DNA of 58,948 nt, filler included, from Jimgerdemannia flammicorona (lineage: Eukaryota): assembly GCA_003990765.1 (NCBI GenBank). It is 3 parts of 3 records of this genome, joined end to end, with 100 filler letters (N's around TTAATTAATTAA, not from the genome) between each part and the next. Parts side by side here need not be neighbours in the genome. Positions count along the whole stretch, not along the records: positions 1 to 19,588 come from RBNJ01001903.1; positions 19,689 to 39,273 come from RBNJ01001904.1; 1 more part is not named here. One strand, written 5' to 3'. The translations under genes and the position numbers were made by a program. The notes under the pieces were generated by a model. That model was given only the letters and a program-made list of their open reading frames with translations. It ran no database searches and was not told the DNA's origin. Below are positions 12,990 to 25,090 of this stretch, piece by piece. The number at the start of each line of letters is the position of its first letter. The first letter of the stretch is position 1.

Positions 12990-15476
12990 ATATGGAATTC
13001 TGTAGACAGTCATCTTTCATTGAAGCTGGCAAAGATGGAGCTGATTGTTCATCCTGGACATTGAACAGCATCTGGCAGATTGGCACCTGGACCTGGCAGA
13101 GGGCTTGGGTGAACTTGGAGTACCTGTCCAAGGGGAGGAGATCTATAGGGTGTTGGCAATAACAAGTCTTGGGATGGCCCCAGGAGAGGAAGGTTTACCT
13201 TGGGATTTCTGGAAGAGAATGGTAAGAGTGGAGGTGACTTTGGAGAAGATAATATAGATATGTGATGAGGTTATTAGCTCAGGGACCTAGATTGGAGGGC
13301 AGTACTTGGGTCTTGTAGCTCTGTTGTATAAGAATAAGGAGAGAAGAGAGGATTGGAAGAACTGGAGGCTAATCATACTTCTGGATATAGATCACAAGTT
13401 AGTTACAAAGATTTTGGTGGCTAGATTGTAAGAAGTGGCTCAGCAGGTATTAGAGGTAGAGCAGAGAGGCTTTGTTAGGGGTCATTTGATAAGAGATGGA
13501 ATAGCATGAGTCCATAGTGTCATTGAAGGAGTCTATGCTACTAGAGTCAATAATTGGCTAGTATTTCTAAATCAAGAGAAGACCTATAATATAGTCTAGT
13601 GAGTGTGACTGGAGAGGATGCTGAAGCATATAGAGATCCCTCAAGAGTTTAGGTAATCTTTAATCAGTCTGTTAGAGGAGAGTCAAGCAGCTATTATAGT
13701 AAATAGATATAGAGGAGAGTCTTTTCTCCTGGGCAGAGGAGTGCTATAGAGAGACCCACTGTTGCCAATTCTTTATACTCTCTCTCTGGAGCCTTTGTTA
13801 GATAAGATTAGATACAGAGTAGAGGAATTGAATATTCTGGGAGTAAACTAGAAGGTGGGGGTCTTTGCTAATAATATAGTAATAGGGCTGAGCTCTGTAG
13901 AGAATATGGCAGTGCTGAAGAGTATAGTGAAATAGTATATATAAGAGATACTCAGATGCTAAGCTTAACTGGCATAAGTGTGAGACTTTGGTATTAGATA
14001 GAGAAATAGTAGAAGGGGATGTGATTGGAATAGTTGTCCTAGCAGGAGAGATAGTCTGATACCTGGGGATTTACTTCTCAATATATAATTCTCTGTTATT
14101 TCAAAAATAATAGAAGTAGTAGCTGATTGAGTAGAGTAACACTTTTCTGAGATAGGATAGCTGATATATCTCTTTAGCTAAAAGAGTGATAGTGTTGAAT
14201 ATATATTGGCTATCTAAGTTATGATATCTGGAATATTACTTGAACTTCCTAATATGAGTGATTAAGAGACTGTTGAAGATGATCAAAATGTAGATTTGAG
14301 TAAAGTAGTAGAGTCAGATTGAATGAGTGGTAATGACATTACCAGTAGATCAGAGAGAGCTAGGTCTAATGGACTTTACTAAGTACCTATACTGCTTGAG
14401 AGTATAGTGACTAAAGCAAGCTAGCAAGTTGAGGGGATAAGAGTAGGTACTCCTTATACAGAGAGTGTAAGAGGTATAGTTCTCTCTCTATAGTATATTT
14501 GGTGACTTGTTTTCTCTGGTGGTACTGAAGAAAAGCCAGAAGATATACTATAGAGGATTCTTTTGGAAAGTAATTAATAGTACTCAATGAATTGGTCTCT
14601 AGTAATAGAGTGATGAGAGAGAGAAGAACTGAGGACTTTAAATATAGAGGTGAGACCATCTTTTATTAGAGAATATACTAGTAGATGATTTCAGTTTAGA
14701 GAATGATATAGAATATCTTTGAGATCATAAGAGAGATTTGTAGTTAGAGACCTGATAGAGGGTAGGAATCAGCAAAGAATACATAGGACTAGAATAGTAT
14801 TTGGTCTTAGAGTAAGCAGATAGCAAGGTAGATTCTCTCTAAGTTCTAAGTAATATAGTGGAGATTATTATAGTATAATATAATATTGAACTATAGGTCA
14901 GGATATTTGATAGAAAGGGGTGCTCTGGAGTGTGAGAAGTATCTTAATATTAGGCAGAAGAATAGAGTAATACAGATACCTAAGCATTAGCTAGAGAAGT
15001 TTAAGATTATAGGAGACTTTTAAAAGGCTATTAAGGATTAATTGAGAGTATATCTATCTGAGCAGATTGAGGATAAGTGATTAACTATTGAATAGGTTCT
15101 GGCTATTTAGGTTGAACTTACCAGATATTGGCTACATATATGTATTTGAGGATAGTCAGCAGTTAGTACTTGTAATATAAGTTGTAAGGTAATTGTTGAA
15201 CCTTTTGAATGATTGGTAGTAAGGGTAGAGACCTGGAGGGAAGGCTCTATAGGAGACTTATAAAGAATATTTATAGACAGAGTAAGAGAAAGATTGGGGT
15301 TATAGGAGAGATGATGAATTTTTGGAGAGATATAAAGAGGGGAGGGGGGGAAGCTTCTTGTGAGATTAGATGAGAGATATATTTGTATATCTATATTAGT
15401 ATAATATAAATTAGATAGTAATAAAGTAGAAGTCTAAGTAACTATATATGTAAAATAAAATAAAATAAAATAAATA
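12990..15476 (+). mobile_element. Degenerate 5'-truncated non-LTR retrotransposon (L1/Tx1-like ORF2 RT to 3' end)
   Basis: Decayed RT motifs APGEEGLPWDFWK, WRLIILLDIDHKLVTKILVARL, FLNQEKTYN, GRGVL*RDPLLPILYTLSLEPLL and VFANNI (from FADD). Ends in a (TAAAA)n tail. Confidence 0.85.
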
Positions 15477-15659
15477 TACTATATAGAAATTGTTTCTGAG
15501 ATATATATTTGATAATTTATTAATAGATCTACTTCTTATTATATATTTGAGACTCATCTTACTGATATGTCTTAAGCATTAATATTATGTATTAGATATA
15601 TCTAGTATAGTTGTTATGTATATAGAAATATTCATACTATTTAGCATTCTATTGATCAT

Positions 15660-17285
15660 TGTCACATAGTAGTCGCTGAGTTCTTCAAATATGTCAGATT
15701 CTCTTCAAGGTGTATCTCTTAAACTAACTCAAGTTTGTTATAAGTAATTTCTTATTGGAGTGCCTTCCCAAGGTCTTATAGTCCTCAAACTTCTTATCTT
15801 TAAACTGTCTTGTTATCTCTTTAGATTGCTTGTAAGAAATTATATATATTGTACTGAGAGAAACTGACTTTATTTCGAAAGGATATTTATACAAAATATA
15901 ATTCAATGGTTGCTAAGATATAAAGCTAAATATAAATTCCAATAACTAAATAAAATGTCAGGATACAGAAAACTGCCAAGTTCCAGTATTAGTACAGATG
16001 GTTGCACAGGTTCAGGATGCTGGTATAATTTGGTAATACAGAAAAAGGATACTGGAATAATTCTGGATCACACAAGATCAGAATACCAGTGAAGGAATAG
16101 TTGTTATATAGGAAAAGGATGCTGATCCATTAAAAAAAAAAAAAAAAAAGGAAAAGGATGCCAGTATAATTCAGTATAACTAAGAGACTTAGAGCAGAAT
16201 GTTCAGAATCATAGAAGCTTCATCTTCATCAGAGGTCAGAATGTCTTCAAAAGAGATGAGGTCTATGAATGTTTTGTCTATCTCATCATATAGGTCATGT
16301 ATTTTGTATGCTTTGTACATGTTGTACAGGATGACATCATCACTAATGATGTTATCATATTTGGTAGCAGTGAGATCAAGGAGGTCTGGAGCTCTCCAGT
16401 CTATGAGGTTCTCTTCCACAAAATAGGGAACAAATGTGGAGTCTTGAGAAGGTTTAACCTGGATGCTTGGACCTTGGAATACTGAGATCAATCCTTACAG
16501 AAATTGATCTGAGTTGTTCTGGAGAATGGAATATCAGAAGTCTTCTACTTCATCACTATTGAGGATGATAGTGGACTGGGCTTCTATAGCCACCCTGGCT
16601 TCTAGTACATTGATACAGTAGGCTGATAGGTCTCTGAAGTCTGAGACTCTAACATACTTCAAGTTGGAGATTGACCATAGTACATGCCTGAAGATCTGAT
16701 GAATCTTCTTAGCTGTTCTTGTTTTACATATATCTATAAGAGTAGTATCTTGTAGCTCTTGAGAGCTGGTCTGTAGGAACTCTTGGTAGAGAAGATTTTC
16801 TATTTTGTACTCCTGTCATATTTGGAGACATTTGGTAACAATGGTGATCCTTATTTCCATTTTACAATAGTAGAGAATAAAGTAATAAGGATCTCCAGTA
16901 CCTAGGTTGAGGCTAGGAGTCCTTCTTATATGGATCCTTATGGCTCTTCTGATGTCTTGGAACATTCTTTCTTTGACTGAGGTGCCTTGGTGGTTCCTTA
17001 ACCTTGAGATTTAGTGAGCAGTAGGCATTTCATTTATGGTAAGTCTTTGAGCTATTTTGGGATTAGTGGGTCTTGTTGAGTTACTACTACTGTAGTTCCT
17101 TAATTCTTCTTTTATATTCCTCAAGATGTCTGTACTGTGGTCACAATGACTCACAGTTGGTCATCATTACTCATCTCATAGCCTGAGTGAGTTATACCAT
17201 ATGATCTTCTTATACTCTGATCTAGTGGCTTGTGGGGAAAAGCTGTCTCTTGTGCTGATGTCATCATTCTGAGGTCACTGTTATA
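15660..17285 (-). mobile_element. Solo LTR of Ty3/Gypsy family B (copy 2) with 4-bp TSD
   Basis: TGTCACA... start and ...GTTATA (decayed CA) end. TCAT on both flanks (15656-15659, 17286-17289). Homologous to the PPT-adjacent LTR at 57130. Confidence 0.9.
16189..17028 (-). pseudogene. LTR-encoded accessory ORF (280 codons, in-frame stops)
   Basis: ATG at 17028 is in frame with the stop at 16189. Contains RTAKKIHQIFRHVLWSISNLKYVRVSDFRDLS and ends FIDLISFEDILTSDEDEASMILNILL. TATAAAAG at ~17109-17116 upstream. Confidence 0.8.
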
Positions 17286-18409
17286 TCATATAAAGATTGC
17301 TATATTTTAAGACTATTATTAGCTCATTATTATTTAAATTATATACTATTATGTCTTTTAAATATATATATCTCTTTATTACTATAAGATATCATCTTAT
17401 TTATCAAAAATAGTTTTTTATCAATTTCTAGTATATATAGTATATTAAGAAAGATGCTGGTAAATTTTACAATATTACTATGAAGATATATCTCTATATT
17501 TCCCTTTTCTTAAGTATAAATAATATTGTTATCTCCTAGTTTAATAGGTACAGAGTACTCAAAAGGCTCATATGTAGAGAACTATTCTCTGTATGATATT
17601 ATATATTATATGGCTCTAGAATCTATTAGTCAGACATCATTATCATTAACTATATTTGTAATATATTTGCTACTAGCAGTGCTGATATTATTATTACTTT
17701 TTATTAGATGAAAAGTATTTTACTAACTAGAATTTATAGATAACAGATTGGTAGATTTGACAGTAAGACTGTTTGTAGATATAGATCTCATACTAGTGGC
17801 AGAACTAATAGTAGAAATATTATTATCTATATATATTACTTATATAAAGAATATATCACTATTGTCAGTTTTAGTAGTATTTATATTGCTATACTTCTCT
17901 TTACCTTGATAGTTCTTTCTACTGCTCTTATATTGCCGATACTGGCTTCTATATTGCTACTTATTTTACTGCTCTCCTTGTCATTTTTTCAGTAATAATA
18001 ATAGTACTTCCTATATCTATACTTACTACAGTATTCATAGTAATTATCATACTTAGTTGATTAGCTACTATTATATTGATTTTAGATTTGAGTTCATTGG
18101 TCTTATTACTTATACTTTTAATCTCATTTGATACCATATTCATAGAATCTGTAAAAGGTATTTTCATTATCATCACTACCATTTCTTTGGTATATTTTCT
18201 TAATTATAAGACTCATAATTACATAGATATAATCTATAAGTCTGCTATCTTTATATATGACTATAATAACAATATTATATGTATTCAGAAGTTCTCTTAT
18301 AAGTACTATAACCTTATCTTTATTACTAATATAATCTGTAGATATACTGAGAGAATTTACTTAATTTACCAGATCATTAACATAACTGATATATTTATAG
18401 ATACTCAGA

Positions 18410-19588
18410 CTTACGAGCTCCTTTCTCTGCTACCTTACTGGTCACAAGGTTTGGTAGGTGACCTTCCGAGTCCCCTTTCCCCTATTATTACCCCCTCTAC
18501 CTCGGGTTGGTTTGCTGTGCCTGCAGGGGCATGGTGGGAGGAGGGCAATAGTGTTGAGTTGCCCCTTTATCGGTGTCAGATCGGTGCTTCCTCCACTTTT
18601 TTGCGGATTCTGGTGCCTTCGGCTGTGTCTGGGGTATACCCGTTTTGGTGCGGCGCCTTTTTTCTTTTGCTGTCACCAACAAGGAGTTGTCTCAGTGTGT
18701 CTCGGGCTATGTAGGGAGTCGGCCGACCTTGGGCATCAAGTGCTCAGTATAGGTTACCTGTAGGTCCTTGGTGCCTGTGGTGGGGCCCTCTGGCTTTGGC
18801 GAGCTTCCCGGCAAGCGTGGTTCTGGCATAGGTGACTGTTTTTCGGGTGTTGTCGGGATGGGAGGGGAGATGGTCGTTACAGATAGGAGGAAGGGCAATT
18901 ACGGTGAACCAGTAGGGTGCCAGGCTGGGGGCAGTCATCGGGGCTGGGGCAGGTGCTGCTTCGGTGGGGCCTTTTGATTGATGTGGCATGGTTAGGTGGT
19001 AGGTGTCACTATTGGCTTCTTTTGGTGGTCAGCGGGGTTGGGCCCCAGTCATCAGGGGGGGTCAAGAGGCCTGAGGCTACTCATTTCAGGTATCTTGGCT
19101 GCACTTAACTGGAACCGGGAGCTGACACGGTAACGTGATCGAGGCCTGCAGGCTTGAGTAGTGGGGTATTGGGGGTTTCCTCCTGCCTCACATATAAGTC
19201 CTTTACTCACCTCAACTGGGAGAACCAGGCCCTACCCACTGTGTTGTGCTTTGAGGAGGGTTTTTTCTTTGCCTGTCATTCTCTTTGGGGTGGCAGGGGC
19301 TATTCTATTCGGCTCGGGCATGGCCTTGTACATATGTTGGGTTCTCAGGCGTGTGCTTTCGGTTGTTGGCATATGGTTGGGTTTCCCCTGGTAGTAGGGA
19401 GAGCATGGTACGCAGAATGAGGTGCAGGCACACAACAGCCCTGCTGCGCCTGGCACGGTCGAGCTGCTGGACAATAGCTAGCCTAGGTTAATGGGGGGGC
19501 AGTGCTTGGTGGGTGGTGGGGGAGGGTTTTGGCCTATATAGTCTAGGTTCTCTTCTAATAAAAATCCGTGGGACATGAGTCCATTAAA
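18410..19588 (+). mobile_element. Unclassified GC-richer insertion, possibly the 3' part of a non-LTR element
   Basis: Abrupt composition change from the AT-rich Copia relic. Ends in a G-rich tract, AATAAA and As running into the gap. No diagnostic domain seen. Confidence 0.3.
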
Positions 19589-19688
19589 NNNNNNNNNNNN
19601 NNNNNNNNNNNNNNNNNNNNNNNNNNNNNNNNTTAATTAATTAANNNNNNNNNNNNNNNNNNNNNNNNNNNNNNNNNNNNNNNNNNNN
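19589..19688. other. Assembly gap with artificial six-frame-stop linker
   Basis: N run with TTAATTAATTAA in the middle; identical structure at 39274..39373. Confidence 0.98.
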
Positions 19689-19699
19689 AAAAAAAAAAA

Positions 19700-21546
19700 A
19701 AAGAGACCAGACATCTCCATTTTCATCACATTCAAACCAAAGATCACCTTCTTCATTAGTATGAGTCTTTATAATCAACCACTTTTGAGATTCTGGATGT
19801 CATCTATTAATAATTAAAATAAAATTATATTAATAACTTTAAATATATTTTATATAAAATAAATAATATAATATTTATTACTTACTTGTCATTAATATTT
19901 TTAGCACATTCCTGAAGAGAATCTCCATCTTGAAATATATGTGGAATGATTTTAATCTGACCATATCTATATCCTGCAAATACTGCATGTCCAGCACCTT
20001 CAATATCACCCCAAGCCATCTTTTGAATTTAATAGTTTGAATATCAAGATTGATGTTGGTATCAAATTGTATAGATTCCTAAAATAAATTATTATAATTT
20101 AATAATTACAATTATAAAAAATATTATAATATTTTAAAAAAATAAATATACTAACCGATATACCACTATGCATTGGACATGTCCAAGAATCCTCCATTAT
20201 ATTAGGAGCACAGAGCAGTGGTCTATCATCATCAACATGACCAATACAGATTACATTCTGACAACTAGCAATATTGCACCCTTCATATACACGTCCGCCA
20301 GCACCACATTTGCAATAGGTTGAAAAAGAGAGACCACCAATTAGAGCACTGGAGATTGTCTGATAAAACAATTGAAGAATAAAAATATATATATATAAAT
20401 AGATCTATCAGTAGATAGAATAGAAAAGAATAGAGATAGCCAGACACAATGGAATGAAAGAGAGAGGGAATCATCATCAAGGCTGATAGCCAGACACAAT
20501 GGAATGAAGGAGGGGGAGGGAGGGGAACCATCATCGAGGCCGATAGCCAGACACAATGGAACACCCGTGAATGGAGGGAGGGAGAGAGGGAGGGAGGGAA
20601 ACCATCATCGAGGCTGATAGCCAGACACAATGGAATACCCATGAATGGAGGGAGGGAGAGAGGTAGGGAGGGAAACCATCATTGAGGCCGATAGCCAGAC
20701 ATAATGGAACACCCATGAATGGAGGAAGGGAGAGAGGTAGGGAGGGAAACCATCATCGAGGCCGATAGCCAGACACAATGGAATACCCATGAATGGAGGA
20801 AGGGAGAGAGGTAGAGAGGGAAACTATCATTGAGGCTGATAGCCAGACACAATGGAATACCCAGTAGCCAGACACAATGGAACATCCGGGAATAAAGGAG
20901 AGAGGGAGGGAAGAGGGAAACTATCATCGAGGCCGATAGCCAGACACAATGGAATACCCGTGAATAGAGGGAGGGAGAGAGGGAGGGAGGGAAACCATCA
21001 TCGAGGCCGATAGCCAGACACAATGGAACACCCGGAACACCTGTACACCCAGAATTCATATAAATGAAGGAGGGAGGGAGGGAGGGAAACCATCATCAAG
21101 GCTGATAGCCAGATACAATGGAATACCCATGAATGGAGAGAGGGAGAGAGGGAGGGAGGGAAACCATCATCGAGGTTGATAGCCAGACACAATGGAATAT
21201 GTACCCAAGAATGGAGGGAGGGAGGGAAACCATCATCGAGGCTGATAGCCAGACACAATGGAACACCCAGAACACAGGAGGGAGGGAACCCGTGAATGAA
21301 GGAGAGAGGGAGAGAGGGAGGGAGGGAGGGAGGAAGAGAGGGAACCATTATCGAGGCCGATAGCCAGACACAATAGAACACTGGGAAGGAATGAAAGAGG
21401 GAAACTATAAAGGAGGCAACAGCCAACCCACTCACCAAATTCGTTCGTTTGGGTTTGTGTAATACTTTGGCTACTTTAGCAATCAATGACCTCATCTTCG
21501 CTGGCCCAAAGGTGGACTTCTTTGCAGTTTGTCTTGTTCGGGCCAT
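19700..21546 (-). pseudogene. Spliced gene: histone H3 tail mimic + ADD-like PHD finger + downstream alpha/beta region, truncated by the gap
   Basis: Exon 21546-21436: MARTRQTAKKSTFGPAKMR...RTNL|GTGAGT. Phase-0 intron to exon 20359-20156: TISS...YCKCGAGGRVYEGCNIASCQNVICIGHVDD...IMEDSWTCPMH|GTTAGT. Further exons ~20078-19886 and from ~19803 (WLIIKTHTNEEGDLWF), which need one frameshift and one TGA. Confidence 0.75.
20435..21410. repeat. Minisatellite, ~74-bp unit, about 13 copies, polypurine (GGGA)n-rich
   Basis: Unit ccatcatcgaggccgatagccagacacaatggaacacccgtgaatggagggagggagagagggagggagggaaa, with starts at 20528, 20602 and 20676. Confidence 0.95.
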
Positions 21547-21569
21547 GTTTTGGCTAGAAAGATTAAAAT

Positions 21570-23230
21570 AAAAAGGGACCATGTGAGAATTGTAGAAAAA
21601 CATGATTCGGATTACCAGATCCTGTCCAACCACCTGCAAATAAATAGAATAACATATACCAGGTACTGTTTCCGCTGGGGTTGAATTGAGAGGCTGTTTT
21701 GGGTGGGGTTGAATCGAAGAACAGACAAGGGCCACATGAGAATGGTAGAAAAACGCGATTCGGATCACTGGATCCCATCCAACCACCCAGCAAATAAATA
21801 GAACACATACCAGATGCTGTTTCCACTGGAGTTGAATTGAACAGGGGAGGGCGGCTGTTTCAGGTGGGGTTGAATTGAACAACAGACAAGGGCCATATAA
21901 GAATTGTAGAAAAACATGATTTGGATCGCCAGATCCCATCCAAATAAATAGAACAACATATACCAGATGCTGTTTCTGCTGGGGTTGAATTGAGAGGCTA
22001 TTTCAGGTGGGGTTGAATCGAAGAACAGATAAGGACCATGTGAGAATGGTAGAAAAATGCAATTCGGATCACCGGATCCCATCCAACCACCCAGCAAATA
22101 AATAGAACACATACCAGGTGCTGTTTCCACTGGGGTTGAATTGAACAGGAGAGGGAGGCTGTTTTGGGTAGGGTTGAATCAAACAATAGACAAGAGCCAT
22201 GTGAGAATTGTAGAAAAATGCGATTCAGATCGCCGGATCCTATCCAAATAAATAGAACAACATATACCAGGTGCTGTTTCTGCTGGGGTTGAATTGAGAG
22301 GCTGTTTCGGGTGGGGTTGAATTGAAGAACAGACAAGGGCCACATGAGAATGGTAGAAAAATGCGATTTGGATTGCCAGATCCCATTCAACCACTCAGCA
22401 AATAAATAGAACAATACCTGTTCAGGCAGGGTTGAATCGAACAACAGATAAGGGCCATGTGAAAATTGTAGAAAAACATAATTCAGATTGCCGGATCCTG
22501 TCTAACCACCCAGCAAATAAATAGAACAACATATACCAGGTGCTGTTTCTGCTGGGGTTGAATTGAGAGGCTGTTTCCGATGGGGTTGAATTGAAGAACA
22601 GACAAAGGCCACATGAGAATGGCAGAAAAATGTGATTCGGATCACCGGATCCTGTCCAGCAAATAAATAGAACAATACATACCATGCTGGGGTTGAATTG
22701 AATAGGGGAGGGAGGCTATTTTGGGTGGGGTTGAATTGAACAACAGATATGGGCCATATGAGAATTGTAGAAAAATGCAATTTGGATCGCCAGATCCTGT
22801 CCAACCACCCAGCAAATAAATAGAACAATATATATCAGGTGCTGTTTCCACTGGGGTTGAATTGAGAGGCTGTTTCGGGTGGAGTTAAATCGAAGAACAG
22901 ACAAAGACCACATGAGAATGGTAGAAATGTGCGATTCGGATCACCAAATTGCGTCCAACCACCCAGCAAATAAAATAGAATATATACCAGATGCAGTTTC
23001 TGCTGAGGATGAATCAAACAACAGAAGGGGGATTGTTTGAATCAAACAATAGATAAGGGGTGCATGAAAATTGTAGAAAAGCATGATTCGGATCGCTCAG
23101 AATCAAATACAGATCCTGTCCAAAGTAACTAGAATGAATAATAATATGTACCAGATACTGTTTCCGCTGGGGGCCATTCTGGCTAGGTTGAATCGAACAA
23201 TAGACAAAGGCCATGTGAGTATATAGATTG
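21570..23230. repeat. Tandem array of ~143-161-bp units (about 11 copies, partly alternating as a ~304-bp dimer)
   Basis: Recurring ccatgtgagaa(t/g)gtagaaaaa..cgattcggatc..cagcaaataaatagaac..ggggttgaattga at ~21579, 21732, 21893, 22036, 22197, 22340 and onward. Confidence 0.93.
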
Positions 23231-24414
23231 CACGATTCGGCTTACTGGATCTTGGCTTGCTGGATCTCGGCTTGCTGGATCTCATCCAACCTACAAGATG
23301 CTATTTCTAGTTGGAGGCGATTGCAGAGTATGATTCATAATATTCAAACAACAATAAACTAAAAAGAGGAGCTTACTGATAACTAATGAAATCAGCCTCT
23401 TAGCTGATGCAGGCAAGCAAGCACACAAAATATAATACACGAATTGTGGCTTATTCCGTTTTTGGGTGATGCAAAAATTGCCCGCCACGCTCATTCTACA
23501 GAGGAGACTTTGGTATTTGTTCTATTCTCCCTTTGCCCTATATTTATTCTATGCACACCCCCCCTCTTCACTCTATATTTGTTCTATGTACCAGCTCTCT
23601 CTCTCTTTGTCTAGCATTTGTTCTATACACTCCCTTCATTCTATGCACAAAAATATTTTATTTTAATAAAGAATATATTTCCATCATAAACCCTGTACCA
23701 TATATTCTATGGTAGGATCTCTCAGAATAGGTGCATGCATCATATATATTTTCATGTACACTGTACCCTCTCATCCTTGGGAGGTGAAAATAGCCATTCT
23801 AGTACCATTGTTGAGAAGACAGCTTTCTGCAAAGTGCCACAATGCAGTGCATTCAGGACACTTGGAAGTCTACTGGTCAAGGGGACAATTCTTGCATATG
23901 TTTCACATTCTAGTATAGTGGGGTACTTTGTGCAATATATATATATTCGCTCATGTATATTGACAAGTATGAAATGATGTAAGGCAATGTGAATATCACA
24001 TAGATATTGCGACCAACCTATATGTCTGATAGAATAAACAATAGATAGAATTCAGATAATATATATAAAAGGAATTATGTATTAGGATAAATAACAAACC
24101 TGTAAGGCAGCAGTACTGCATGTTATAGCACAGTCAGTTTCTGTGTACAATACAGGTCACCGGTAATTTGATAAGAGAGTAAGGTCACTGGTATAGAGAA
24201 ATACATTAATATAGCTATCTAATATGTAATATTGAGAGAGAACTGGAATGAAAAGAGATACAAAGCTTTTCATAAGAGGTATGCTTGCTGTATGGAGAAA
24301 AGAAGTTATGGATGTGTAATACATTATTTATTTATCTTTAATATTGCATGACATCACAGTCAACTAGATGTAATATCATGTGGCATTACAATCAATAATA
24401 AACATACCATGGAT

Positions 24415-25090
24415 AACACGGGCAACACGGGCAACACGGGCAAGACGGGCAAGACGGCAAGATGGGCGACATGGGCAAGACGGGCAAAACCGGCAAAACG
24501 ACACAGGCAAGACAGGCAAGACGGGCAAGACGGGCAAGACGGGCAAAACGGGCAAAATGGGCAAGATGGGCAACACGGGCAAGATGGCAAGACGGGTGAC
24601 ATGGGCAAGATGGGTGACATGGGCAAGATGGACAAAACGGGCAAAATGACATGGGCAAGACCGGCAAAACAGGCAAAATGGGCAACACGGGCAAGACGGC
24701 AAGACGGGCGACATGGGCAAGATGGGCAAAACGGGCAAAACGACAGGGCAAGACCGGCAAAGCGGGCAAGATGGGCAACATGGGTAAGACAAGACGGGCG
24801 ACATGGGCAAGACGGGCAAAACGGGCAAAACGACAGGCAAGACGGGCAAGACGGGCAAGACGGGTAACACGGGCAAGATGGGCAAGACGGGCAAGATGGC
24901 AAGTCGGGCGACATGGGCAAGACGGGCAAAACGGGCAAAACAACACGGGCAAGACGCAGGTAACATGGGCAAGACGGGCAAGACGGGCAAGACGGCAAGA
25001 CGGGCGATATGGGCAAGATGGGCAAAATGAGAAAAATGACATGGGCAACCGGGCAACTGGGCAAGATGGGCAAGATGGGCAAGATGGGCA
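24415..25090. repeat. 9-bp GC-rich microsatellite-like array (GGGCAAGAC/GGGCAAAAC)n with higher-order variants
   Basis: Direct reading. The long ORFs in all frames here (GKTGKT, CPSCPS) are repeat artefacts. Confidence 0.95.

Larger units (their letters stand above)
15480..18410 (-). mobile_element. Extremely mutated Ty1/Copia gag-protease-pre-integrase relic, interrupted by the solo LTR at 15660..17285
   Basis: Minus-strand translation gives a gag UBN2-like DKVIVLIRELLNTYN (~18290), a protease motif *LIDSRAI..RE*FSTYEPF..IKLGDN (~17530-17632, from WLIDSGAT) and *Y*CLRHIS (15561-15587, from WHQRLGHIS). Confidence 0.7.

Noticed and set aside
19633..19644. TTAATTAATTAA palindrome inside N runs (also ~39318)
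   Set aside because: Artificial contig linker. Adjacency across the gaps is therefore not guaranteed.
21436..21546. Canonical histone H3 or CENP-A gene
   Set aside because: Similarity stops after about 13 residues and no histone fold follows.
20435..23230. Regularly spaced repeats resembling a CRISPR array, with many short ORFs
   Set aside because: Whole units repeat with no unique spacers, the context is eukaryotic and there are no cas genes. The ORFs are repeat translations.
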